Origin: Catajapyx aquilonaris
Taxonomy: Eukaryota
Length of the DNA stretch: 43,829 nt
Direction of reading: 5' to 3'
Assembly: GCA_000934665.2 (NCBI GenBank)
Contig: KZ538863.1
Location: forward strand, 1 to 43,829
In this document: one piece after another, positions 11,456 through 21,748 of the stretch
How positions within the stretch are numbered: the first letter of the stretch is position 1
Layout of the letters: the number at the start of each line of letters is the position of its first letter
Notes under the pieces: generated by a model
Told to the model about the DNA's origin: nothing
What the model saw: the letters and a program-made list of their open reading frames with translations, nothing else
Databases searched by the model: none
Translations under genes and position numbers: made by a program

Positions 11456-14400
11456 TCAATCTGAGTCGTCTCCTGAACCGTATTCATCTGGACTTGGCCC
11501 AGTCTGACTCCCATGCCTAGTCGGTGGGGCCGCATTTCTGGCGGCCATTCTCAGTATGGCTGCTGACTCCGGATCCCTCACCACATCCATCACGCTCTTG
11601 CCATCCGCATTCTCAGCATCAATATTCGCCCCTCGTTCGACCAGGAGTCGGATACATTCCGGCCGTGATTTGCGGGTCGCCATGTGCAGCGGAGTGTCAC
11701 CGAGCTTGTTGGTGACATCCACAATCACACCTGGATGTGACAGCAAGGCAGCCAAGCATTCAGCATGTCCTGCCGCAGCAGACCAGTGCAGCGGAGTGTT
11801 TCCAGCATGGTCAAGCCCGTTCGGTGACACCCCGAACCTCAGTCCTTCTTTCAGGAGCTCGATATTCCCACGTTTTGCGGCCTCATGCAAAGGGTGGTCC
11901 ACGCCTTCCGCACCACCCTGCAAATCAAATCATTAGCAACACTGAAATTACATGCAGCGAACATGACAGCGAACATATTACCTCGTCAATGTAATTAGCT
12001 GGAATAAGCCCAGAGTCGCCCCGATTGGTACGGGCCATCCACCAGTTCGGATCCCCCTGATGCGGGGTCACGTACAGGGCATCTCCCTCCTCAAAGGTCA
12101 GTTCATCCGGCTGCTGGGCCGTGTATCCATATATCGCCCGCACCACCTTAACCTGGCCTGAAAAAAAAATAATTAGAAATCAGCCGCAAGTCCAACTCTT
12201 TCTTCACATGGCAACCAGTTGCCACGGTAGAAATTGGTTTGTTTGCTTGTCCTGTGTACGGGCATGAAATATGGGTATCACAATCAGATAAGTCCAGAGA
12301 TTTATAAGCTGGCAGAGGTTCTTTCGCATGCCAATAGCAACAGGCTGCCATGGAAAACGTCTGCTTGCTTGTTTGTCCATCACATGAGAATTGGGTATGA
12401 AACAAACGTACTTTCAATTTTATACTAATGGAGATTCACATGGCAATATGTTGCTAGGTTGCCATGGTAAAGTTTGATTGTCCAGCATTTGGGAATACGG
12501 TATGAAACCAACGGACAAACTTTCCATTTCATACTCATAGAGGTTCGCATGGCAACCCGTTTCTAGATTGCCATGTGGTAAAAGCTTGTTTGTTCGTCCA
12601 GTGAATGGGAATTGGGTGTGAGACCAACAGACAAACTTTCCATTTTATACTAACAGTAAGAGAGATTCGCATGGCAACCTGTCACTAGGTTGCCACATGG
12701 CAAGGTTTGTTTGTTTGTTTGTTTGTCCATCATATGAAAATAGGGTATGAAGCCAACATTTTATACTAAGAGAGATTCGCATGGCAACCTGTTTCTATAG
12801 ATTGCCATGTGGTAAAATTGTTTGCTTGTCCACCATACGAGAAATGGGTATGAAACCAACAAACTTTCCATCCTATACTAATGGGAGATTCGCATGGCAA
12901 CCTGTTTCTAGATTGCCATGGTAAAAGTTTGTTAGTTCGTCCAGTGACGAATGGGAATAGGGTGCGAAACCAACGAACCTTCCATTTTATATACAGCGAG
13001 AGATTCGACCATAACGTTTGTTTGTCTGTTGGTTTGCCACTTGCCATTTCATATACCAAATGCTCATGCACGCAGGACAAACAAACAAACTTTGTTTGTT
13101 TGTCCTGTTGGTACAGGTTGCCATGGCAAAGTTTGTTTGTTTGTCCTGCGTGCATGAGCATTTGGTATATGAAATGGCAAGTGGCAAACCAACAGACAAA
13201 CAAACGTTATGGTTCATACTGATAGAGATACCGTACTGAAAATTTAAGTTTTTTTTTTTAATATATTTTTTTAAAATTTACTGATAAGAGATACTGTACT
13301 AATGGGAGATAAACCGGAAAAGTTTGTCTGTCTGTCGGTTTGACACTTGCTGTTTCATATGCCCCCAATATGCTCATCATGCACAGGACAAACAAACAAA
13401 CTTAGCCATGGCAACCTGTAGCAACAGGTTGACATGCGAATCTCTTGTTCCTACTAATTAGCATACCAATAAAATGGAAAGTTTGTTTGTCTGTTGGTTA
13501 TTTAACACTTGCTGTTTCAGATGCCTCGATGCTCATCATGCACAGGACAAACAAACAAACAAACAAACAAACAAACAAACAAACAAACAAACTTTGCCAT
13601 GGCAACCTGTAGCAACAGGTTCACATGTGAATCTCTGTTACTATACTATTAGCATACCCATAAAATGGAAAGTTTGTCAGTTGGTTGTCTCTATCAGTAT
13701 AAACAGTGAAGTTTGTTTGTCTGTTGGTTGTCTCTACTGGTATACACTGTAAAGTTTGTTAGTCTGTTGGTTGTCTCTACCGGTATAAACTGTAAAGTTT
13801 GTTCGTCTGTTGGTTGTCTCTATCAGTATAAACAGTGAAGTTTGTTTGTCTGTTGGTTGTCTCTACCGGTATAAACTGTAAAGTTTGTTCGTCTGTTAGT
13901 TGTATACTAGGCATATACTAATAGTAGTAACAGAGATTCACATGGCAACCTGTTGCTACAGGCTGCCATGGCAAAGTTTGTTTGTTTTGTCCTGTGCATG
14001 AGCATTGGGTATATGAAATGGCAAGTGGCAAACCAACAGACAAACAAACGTTGCAGTTCATACTGATTGAGATACTGTACTTAATGGAGAAAAACTGGAA
14101 AAAGTTTGTTTGTCTGTTGGTTTGACACTTTGCTGTTTCATATGCCCCAAACGCTCATCATGCACAGGACAAACAAACAAACAAACTTCGCCATGGCAAC
14201 CTTAGCAACAGGTTGACATGCGAATCTCTGTTACTATACTATTATAGTGGGCGACACGGTGGCGGAGTGGTTAGCGCCACAGCCTTCCACCTCTTAAGGT
14301 CCCGAGTTCGATCCCCGGGTCGGACGGAGGATTCTTATGTGGATAGAGTTTCGATGGGTTCTCTCCGTGTTCGCGTGGGTTTTCCCGGGGTTCTCCCGTT

Positions 14401-14778
14401 TCCTCCCACTATCAAAATCCATCACACGCAGGCAATGATTAAAGACGGTTCACGAAAAGATGATCCCCTAAGAGGCCCAGGGCCTATCACGGGGTATCCA
14501 TTATTTATATACTATTATAGTATACCCATAAAATGGAAAGTTTGTCTGGTTGGTTGTCCCTACCGGTATAAACCATACAGTTTGTTCGTCTGCTGGTTGC
14601 CTCTACCAGTATAAACCGTACAGTTTGTTCGTCTGCTGGTTGTCTCTACCGGTATGAACCGTACAGTTTGTCTGTTGGTTTCATATTTTTTTGTCTCTAA
14701 AGGTCAACATAAGGGTTCAAAAAACTGACCTGGTTTGGGTGCAGGTTTGGGCGGAGGCGGTGCAGGACGTGTGGCCAT
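11456..14778 (-). CDS. OSTF1: Osteoclast-stimulating factor 1 homologue (Pro-rich N-terminus, SH3, ankyrin repeats, acidic tail), 3 exons, 228 aa
   Basis: join complement(14730-14778, 11982-12157, 11456-11917), all GT-AG and phase-compatible. It reads MATRPAPPPPKPAPKPG/QVKVVRAIYGYTAQQPDELTFEEGD...GLIPANYIDE/GGAEGVDHPLHEAAKRGN...GNTPLHW...GDTPLH...DEYGSGDDSD. The PPPKP-KPGQVKV start, SH3, ankyrin repeats and acidic end match OSTF1. Exon 1 is too short to appear in the ORF track. Confidence 0.93.
13008..13213. repeat. Near-perfect inverted repeat (~87-bp arms) inside the OSTF1 intron array
   Basis: ACCATAACGTTTGTTTGTCTG...CAAACTTTG and CAAAGTTTG...CAGACAAACAAACGTTATGGT are reverse complements around a ~30-bp spacer. 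Confidence 0.9.
14249..14507 (+). mobile_element. tRNA-derived SINE with V-domain core, copy 1 (in OSTF1 intron 1)
   Basis: A box TGGCGGAGTGG and B box GAGTTCGATCC are present. The core GTTCTCTCCGTGTTCGCGTGGGTTTTCCCGGGGTTCTCCCGTTTCCTCCCAC resembles the V-SINE domain. A 14-bp TSD, TATACTATTATAGT, sits at 14235-14248 and 14508-14521. Confidence 0.9.
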
Positions 14779-15191
14779 CTCTTTTGGTGGATGCTGTGGA
14801 GACCTCCTCCTCAGATAGATGGACCACCCGCAAAAAAATTATACCGGAAAAAAAAATGACGAAAAAAAAAAACCGCAGATATATGAGATAACCGGAGCGC
14901 GTCCGAATCGGCCCGACGTTTCGTACGCAGCCGGATCGAACAAAAATTTTATACAAATATTTTACAACTATAATCCCGGAGTTAAACCGTTGTTAATTAA
15001 CAGTAATTAAGAATAATTGGGGGGCGTTTAATTTGTTGTTGGCAACCAGGCTAGAGGGCAGCACAGGCTGTATAAGGATTAGCCTGCGGGTCATACACAG
15101 GCTCTGCTACGTGTCTTTTTGACAGGCACAAGTGGACCCGGTCCAGAACCGGCTCAGTTTATCCCCTGCCTTTCAGTTGAACGTGCCAGAT
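14779..15191. promoter_or_regulatory. Probable bidirectional promoter region OSTF1 / F-box-LRR 1
   Basis: The divergent start codons are only ~410 bp apart and there is a CpG-rich patch at ~14890-14940. This is inferred from geometry only. Confidence 0.55.
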
Positions 15192-16411
15192 ATGATTGAG
15201 ATGGAGACGCCTGAGCAACGGCATGAGAAGGTGCGTACCGTGCCGTGTACCGTGTACTACTTACACGACATGTTTTTATTCCAACAGGGTGAGATCCTGC
15301 CGAAGGAGGTGATCCTCCACATCTTCTCGTTCCTGCCCAAAGAAGATCTGCTGAAGCAGGCGGGGCTGGTTTGTAAGCATTGGGCTAGGCTGTCGATGGA
15401 CCCGGAGCTTTGGCATGAGGTCAGCCTGGCGCATGGGTACGTGAAGGAGGAGAGGGCCGTGGAGCTGGTGCAGGGGATGACGCAGCTGAAAACGCTGGAG
15501 CTCTGCCGGTGGTGGAAGCAGGACGTGGCCGAGATCATCGGAGTGGCTACGACGCAACTGGAGGTACTGCGGCTGGACATGTGCGAGATCCAGCAGGAGA
15601 CGCTGGAGAATCTGGTGCGGAACTGCAAGGATCTGAAGGAGGTGCGTGTCCGCTCCGGTGTGTACGTCACATGTACTGATATCTTTTCCCGCAGGTGCTG
15701 ATGCGCAACTGCGAGCTGAAGGATTGTACGAAGCATCCGCTTGATGTGTTCGCGCAGTGTCCCAAACTGGAGGCGTTCCACTTGATCGAGGTTACCGGCG
15801 CTAAGCCCATAGACCATAAGGTGCAGCGGGATTGGCGGAAGCTGAAGGCTGTTAGTCTTCAGACGGACGTGCCGTCGTCGGATGCGGAGGTGAAGGTTCT
15901 AACTGATTGCGTCGGATCGCAGCTGCAGTCGCTCACCGCCAAGCGACTTCTGGTGCCGAGATCGTACACCAGGATGGGCAACTGCGGTGGATTGCAGGAG
16001 CTTCATCTGATCAAGAACATGGGCATGACCGACAACTGCCTGCTGTCCGGACTGGGAAAGCTGACCAGTCTGCAGGGTTTGACCATCCGCACTGGTCACT
16101 ACCTCACGACTGAAGCCCTACTGTCATTTCTGTCCAGGCCTGGCGTATTCCAGAACCTGCGCCGGCTGGACTTATCCCACAGTCCCGGACTAGACGACCA
16201 GTGTCTATCCGCAATCGCAGACTTCTGCCCTGATCTGAAGCATCTGACCGTCTCATACTGCAGCGGGTTCACCCAGAATGGCATCGAGAACCTCCTCAGC
16301 CGACTGCAGCTTCAGCAACTGAACGCCAAGTCCTGCCGAGGCCTGGAGATGAAGCATGCCATGAAGGTCATCAAGGAGATTGCTCCGCAACTGCGCGTAA
16401 ACTGGGATTGA
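15192..16411 (+). CDS. F-box/LRR-repeat protein, paralogue 1 (~369 aa, 3 exons)
   Basis: join(15192-15230, 15288-15641, 15695-16411), with phase-0 GT-AG introns of 57 and 53 bp. The F-box is LPKEVILHIFSFLPKEDLLKQAGLVCKHW...LW, followed by Cys-containing LRRs (LRRLDLSHSPGLDDQCLSAIADFCPDLKHLTVSYC). The start could instead be the ATG at 15201. Confidence 0.9.
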
Positions 16412-17222
16412 GTTTCGGTTCCGGGTCAAGTCGACCTGGAAAAAGTATTGGATAATTATTTGTACGCAGATCGGAAAGGGATTGTACGGGGCGATACGGA
16501 CTCTGGCTACAATCGTATTCTACTACATCTGAAGAAATTCCGTTCCAGCATTTAACCGCAATCGATGTTTCGGAATGTGGTGATCCCGAGTACTTAATGT
16601 TCAGGCCAACCGTAGGCCGTTTATGTTCATGTCATAAGTTGAATCGCTGCCATATTCTGGTTGCTTTCTCAAGCATTATCCTGGCAGCGATGTAATCCGT
16701 TACGGTAAGGATCTTCTGCGGAAACCTGACTGCAAATCCCACGAGGGACAGCCAAATTTTGTCGTTGCTACCATTCCTATGTAGTATCTTCCCAAAATAT
16801 ATTTATGAAATCACAAAACTTGTACGATATATATATATTTTTTTCCTTGACGAGAGATTATTTAATAAGTGGAAATGCACATAGTATCACAGTATAGACG
16901 GTTAAAACACTGTCACCGGGAAGGTGTCAAAACAACGCATTGAATTACAGCTGGTCAAAATATAGCCACAAATTAACTCTTATTATAAGCCCTAAAGGCC
17001 CATAACATTTTAACTCCGACTAAATATAAAAATAACTGATCAACAGTCGATAACCCAGGTAATGAAACAGTAGACCTGGACGCATTTTGAATTATAAAAA
17101 TAACATATTTAAAACTGGAACAATGTAACTAAATCCGACCGGGTTCATTCTAATATACTGCTTTGTAACTTTCAGTCTTGACGAGGATTTTACATATGAG
17201 ATCGTTGGAGGGTCGTGCCCAT

Positions 17223-18417
17223 TCAAATTTCACACAGTTTCTCCTTCAGAGTGAGGTGCGGATTCAGCTGAGTGATCCCCCTCCGTTCGTCATCGTTCAT
17301 CTCTACGAAGCTGCATCCCTCGAGCACCAGGGTTGTCAGATTAGCATGCATCGTAGCTAGGAAAAACACTCCGTGCTTTGTGATGCAGCAGTAGGTCAGG
17401 GTCAGGCTGGTCAGTTTGGGGCAGCCCAGACCAATGTCCAGCAAGCAGTTGTCGTCCACATAGCGCCCTCCGCACAACTCGAGGCTTTCTAGCTGCCCTC
17501 CGACTGGAAGATTGAAGAAGAACTTTCTGATCTCGTCCGTACCAGTGAGCGCCAACATGCCCAGGGTGAGGTGACGCAGGTGTTGCAGATGGCTTATTCC
17601 TTCCTTGAGGTGGTGCAGCGGCGTGCCAAGTATGTTTGGAAGCTTGAGACTCTGCAGCTGGCGGCACTGGTCGAGGAGAAGGAACCGCTGGGTGATGTCG
17701 AGTAAACCGAAGCTGAGGCTCTTTAGTTGGCCTGCAAATGGGCTTTCACACACAACCTCCACCTCACGGTTGGCGTAGTCAGTCCCAACCCAGCTCAGGT
17801 CAATGTGGATGAGTTTCGGCCAGTGCCTTACCTCGAACGTACGTGGCCACATAACCCCGTAAGACCAAGCACCATCTAATGTGATCTTCTCTAGCAGAGG
17901 GTTTCGAGCAAACACGTCCAGCGGGTTTTCGGAGCAAAAAGGTGCATTCAGAGAATTCAGTCGTATCTCCCTAAGTGCCTGACACCTATTAGAACCATCA
18001 TAAAGGCAAAATAATAAAGAGAAACACAAAACATTGGCGAGTTGCTCACCTCTCCGCCACATACGTCAGAGTTGTCATGAACTCCAATGTGCATTCGCTC
18101 AAGTCCAGCACCTCCAAGGTGGTACAACAGCTGTCTGCGACTAGATGCAGCATTGGATCCGCCCAGTTGCCATTGCTCCATCCGACCAGATGCAGCCTCT
18201 TGAGATGCTTCATCCATTCAATCAGCTCGACCGCTCTCCCCATGCTCACACTCCGGCCGTCCAGCCTCACTTCCGTCCAGAGCGAGACCACCCGGGAAAA
18301 GTTCTCCCACCGCCTGCAAACTAGGGCCGCCCCCAACAGGAGGTCCCGCTGGGGAAGGTACGTGAAGACTTTCAGCACCAGCTCGTTTGGAAGGTCGTCA
18401 AACGAGATGGAATGACC
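17223..18417 (-). CDS. F-box/LRR-repeat protein, paralogue 2 (divergent); start-codon exon not located
   Basis: join complement(18050-18417, 17223-17985), with a 64-bp phase-2 GT-AG intron. The F-box is FDDLPNELVLKVFTYLPQRDLLLGAALVCRRW, and LRRs include LEVLDLSEC and VDDNCLLDIGLGCPKLTSLTLTYC. An acceptor (tttttattccag) precedes 18417 and there is no in-frame Met before the F-box. Confidence 0.88.
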
Positions 18418-18657
18418 CTGGAATAAAAACAAGTAAGGAGTACTGTACGTTTGGTGTACAAATTAATTATTATTAAATAATGTGCGGAAACATCCTCATG
18501 TAATGTGCTGCATTATTGTGTATTACTACTATTACAGTGCGGAAATTGTTTTGTTCTCATTCAATTCTCGTTCAATTATTACTAAATTGCCCATAAATTG
18601 TTACTACTGTACAGTTACAATAGTACTGTAGTTACGGGCAATTTTTGAGTGATTTCT

Positions 18658-19024
18658 AAGAGGAGGCGGATGGCACTGTGGTAACGTATGCGCCCACGGA
18701 TGTTAAGGTCTCGGGTTCGATCCCCGCCCGGGGACACCCCCTTCATCTTGTGCAGAGTTTAGGTCTTGTCTCTGGCTTCGTCTCGGGTGGAATCTCCAAT
18801 AGACATATCCACCCGGGGGAGTTCACAAAATGTACCCATATCAGTTCGCGCACTGCACTAATTTGCACATCCCCTCCTGTCATCCTCCCCGTGGGCCCGG
18901 GCGCTTCAACTATAGGTTCCAATATTGTATAATAGTTCAAAAAATAAAGGTCTGTGTGATATACCCCCATTTGGGGGTGAAAGCACTATCCCAGGATTAT
19001 TATTATTATTTATTTATTATTATT
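18658..19024 (+). mobile_element. Second tRNA-derived SINE family, (TTA)n tail
   Basis: A box TGGCACTGTGG, B box GGTTCGATCC, a 3' hairpin (CCCCCATTTGGGGG) and a (TTA)n tail. A 10-bp TSD, AGTGATTTCT, sits at 18648-18657 and 19025-19034. Confidence 0.8.
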
Positions 19025-19247
19025 AGTGATTTCTGTACAAATAATTTAATACTGACATGACCATCACTACTTGACACTATTGTAATGAAAATATTATTAT
19101 AATACAATTATACTAACTTGCTACTACTACTACTACAGTATTACTATTGCGACTGTAGTAGGACCAGGCGGACTAGCAGTATGCAGTAACAATACTACTA
19201 CGGCATTAAGGTCACAGGGTTAACCATTCGACTGAAAAGTGTGCACT

Positions 19248-19876
19248 GGAGTACCAAATTCAAGGAGTACTAAGGAGTACCAAATTCGAGGAGTACCAAA
19301 TAGTAAGGTATCGTACCTAAGGAGTACCAAATAGTAAGGTACCTAAGGAGTACCAAATAATAAGGTACCTAAGTAAGGAGTACCTGGGAGTACCAAGGAG
19401 TACCAAATAATAGTAAGGTAACGTACCTAAAGGAGTACCAAATAATAGTAAGGTAACGTACCTAAAGGAGTACCAAATAATAGTAAGGTAACGTACCTAA
19501 AGGAGTACCTATAAGGAGTACCAAATAGTAAGGTAACGTACCTAAAGGAGTACCTATAAGGAGTACCAAATAGTAAGGTAACGTACCTAAAGGAGTACCT
19601 ATAAGGAGTACCAAATAGTAAGGTATCGTACCTAAAGGAGTACCTATAAGGATGAGTACCAAGTATAGTAAGGTACCTATAAGNGTACAAGGTTGGAAAT
19701 AAAGGGGGACTCCAGACAAGATGGCTGACCGAGTTGGACGTGTTTCACTAGGGGGGCTAAGTAAAAGACTCGAATAAAACACTAAGGAGTACCTGGGAGT
19801 ACCAAATAGTAAGGTACCTAAGGAGTACCTGGGAGTACCAAATAGTAAGGTACCTAAGGAGTACCTGGGAGTACCA
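19248..19876. repeat. GGAGTACC/AAGGTACC minisatellite in two blocks
   Basis: Higher-order units such as AAGGAGTACCTATAAGGAGTACCAAATAGTAAGGTAACGTACCTA are repeated. The blocks are ~19248-19686 and ~19782-19876. Confidence 0.9.
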
Positions 19877-21748
19877 CTATAATCGCAATTGTACACCAGA
19901 GCACCGAAGTGGTTATACTCAGTTATACCCCCCTTCATTATAAGATTATGCACAGCTATAGTGAAGCAAGTACCTCTGTCGGTCCTATTATAATTACATT
20001 CCTATTTATTTTATGTAAGTAATATTTGTTCCAATTAAACTGTTTCATTCTGCTCTAAATTATATGCAAACTATAGAATCTATAGTTGCATATTATTTAG
20101 AGCAGAACACACATCTGATGTGTGTTCCATCAAGAGAGGGCATTGACCTTCTTCTCATATATTATTTTACCTTCTCCTTCCCCTGAACTCCTCCCCAGTT
20201 GCCCCATCGCTCCTTTGACTCCTGCTGACCCATGCTTTTCCAACCAAGTGTCCTTGCCCAGGAGCCCCGAAACCCTCAATAAGATCGCCCCCCACGAATT
20301 AACCGAAAGGAAAACGATGGGGAAAGAAGAGCTCTTTCCCGCCCGCCAAAATGTTCCTCTGGGGGGACCGAATGAAGCATACCAGCTATTCCAAACTGCT
20401 TATGACGACGAGGGGGGGGGGGGGNNNNNNNNNNNNNGGGGGGGAGGGGAAAGGAAAAAAGCGTAGCTGCTGCTGCATTTTCCGTCTCCATCAAGATGGC
20501 GGACTGAATTTTGTCGGTTTTCTTTTCTTGTTGTCATTTTGTGGGAAGAGGAAGGAAAAGGAACGGGTTTTAGAGGGGCCTACCTAGGGGGGGTGTTGGA
20601 AGGAAGCCTTTGGAACACTAGCCAGCCTTGTTTGGGACGCGAGGAACTGGTGAGACTCGGGAGGGTGGACCACACGAAAGGGGGGCGGGGGAGGAGGGAG
20701 AGGGGAAGAAAAATTTGGAACATTTAAAAAAAAAAAAGTCATTTTTTAATAAGGAAAAATGTTGTTGATTAATTAGTTCATTGCAAGTACGAGCCAATAT
20801 TTTGTTAGTGTGAAATGATAGTGGATAAATGATAGTTTGGGCATGTTCAGAACAATGTAATATTTGGTATATAATTAAATTTATTAATTACCAAATTTAT
20901 TAATGATTTTTTTCCCTTTTAATTATTTATGAATTGATGCTAGTGCAAGTCATGTATTTAACACAATATGAAGTTAATGATAGTTGGGCATGTCGGTATA
21001 TTCGGAACAAAGCATAAATTTAATAATTTATTAATTACCAATTTATTAATTATTTTCATATAATAATAATAATAATAATTATTATTATTATAATTATACT
21101 ATTATGAATATATATTATTAATACTATTATTTAATACTTATTATACTTGGACTCGCATCAAATCATAATTATGATTTGATGCTAGTCCAAGTCATGTAAT
21201 TAATTAGGAAGTAATGCTAGTCGGTGTTAGAAGAAATCATTGATAAATGGTTCATTTATTAATTAACCATTTATTAATTAATAAATTTATGCAAGAACAA
21301 GTCATTTTTAAATGCGATAACGAGTAGGCCTAACGATGGTCATGCCATGTATTCAATAATTAATAAAATTGTTCGTGAATGTAATAATTAACACGTTTTT
21401 AATGATACTTGTTGGATAATTGATGATGCAATAACAAGTCAAATTTTTAAATAACATAACAAGTAATGATGGACATGTCTCTATTCGGAACGGAAATTGT
21501 TAATTACGTTTTTAGCAATTTGTTAATGGTTATTGTTCAGATTTAATGCGGACGTGACAGACTGTCATTACTTGTTATAGTATTAAAAATGACTGTTTAA
21601 TTGCATAAATTTGTAAATTAATAAATTGCTAAAAAAGTAGTTAACAATTATTAATGATTTCTGTTCCGAATACAGAGAAGAGCTTCATTTTCATGGTACA
21701 TTGTTGGATTAATTGAAGTACTTTTCATGCCAGATTAATTAGCCAGCA

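Larger units (their letters stand above)
12200..14690. repeat. Composite degenerate tandem/inverted repeat array filling OSTF1 intron 1
   Basis: Units of ~120-130 bp contain TGGCAAC...TTGCCATGG and CAAA/TTTG runs in both orientations. Shorter ~40-bp units (AGTTTGTTNGTCTGTTGGTTGTCTCTACCGGTATAAAC) lie at ~13675-13900 and ~14540-14680, and (CAAA)n at ~13548-13591. Confidence 0.85.

Noticed and set aside
14249..14325. tRNA gene (also at 18660-18735 and 42645-42719)
   Set aside because: The A/B boxes continue into a SINE body bounded by TSDs, and there is no convincing cloverleaf with a terminator.
16456..16695. 79-codon open frame after F-box 1 containing LTAIDVSEC (LRR-like)
   Set aside because: It has only one weak motif, is out of frame with the upstream stop, and I found no phase-compatible donor. 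It is probably chance sequence in the 3' UTR.
19248..19876. CRISPR-like regular repeats, and ORFs 19427-19690 / 19462-19953
   Set aside because: There are no unique spacers and no cas genes, and the context is eukaryotic. This is a minisatellite and the ORFs are its translation.
20383..20491. METENAAAAT... as the coding first exon of F-box 2
   Set aside because: The available donor is phase 1 whereas the next exon needs phase 0, and the phase-0 frame contains TAG. It also spans a gap of uncertain length.
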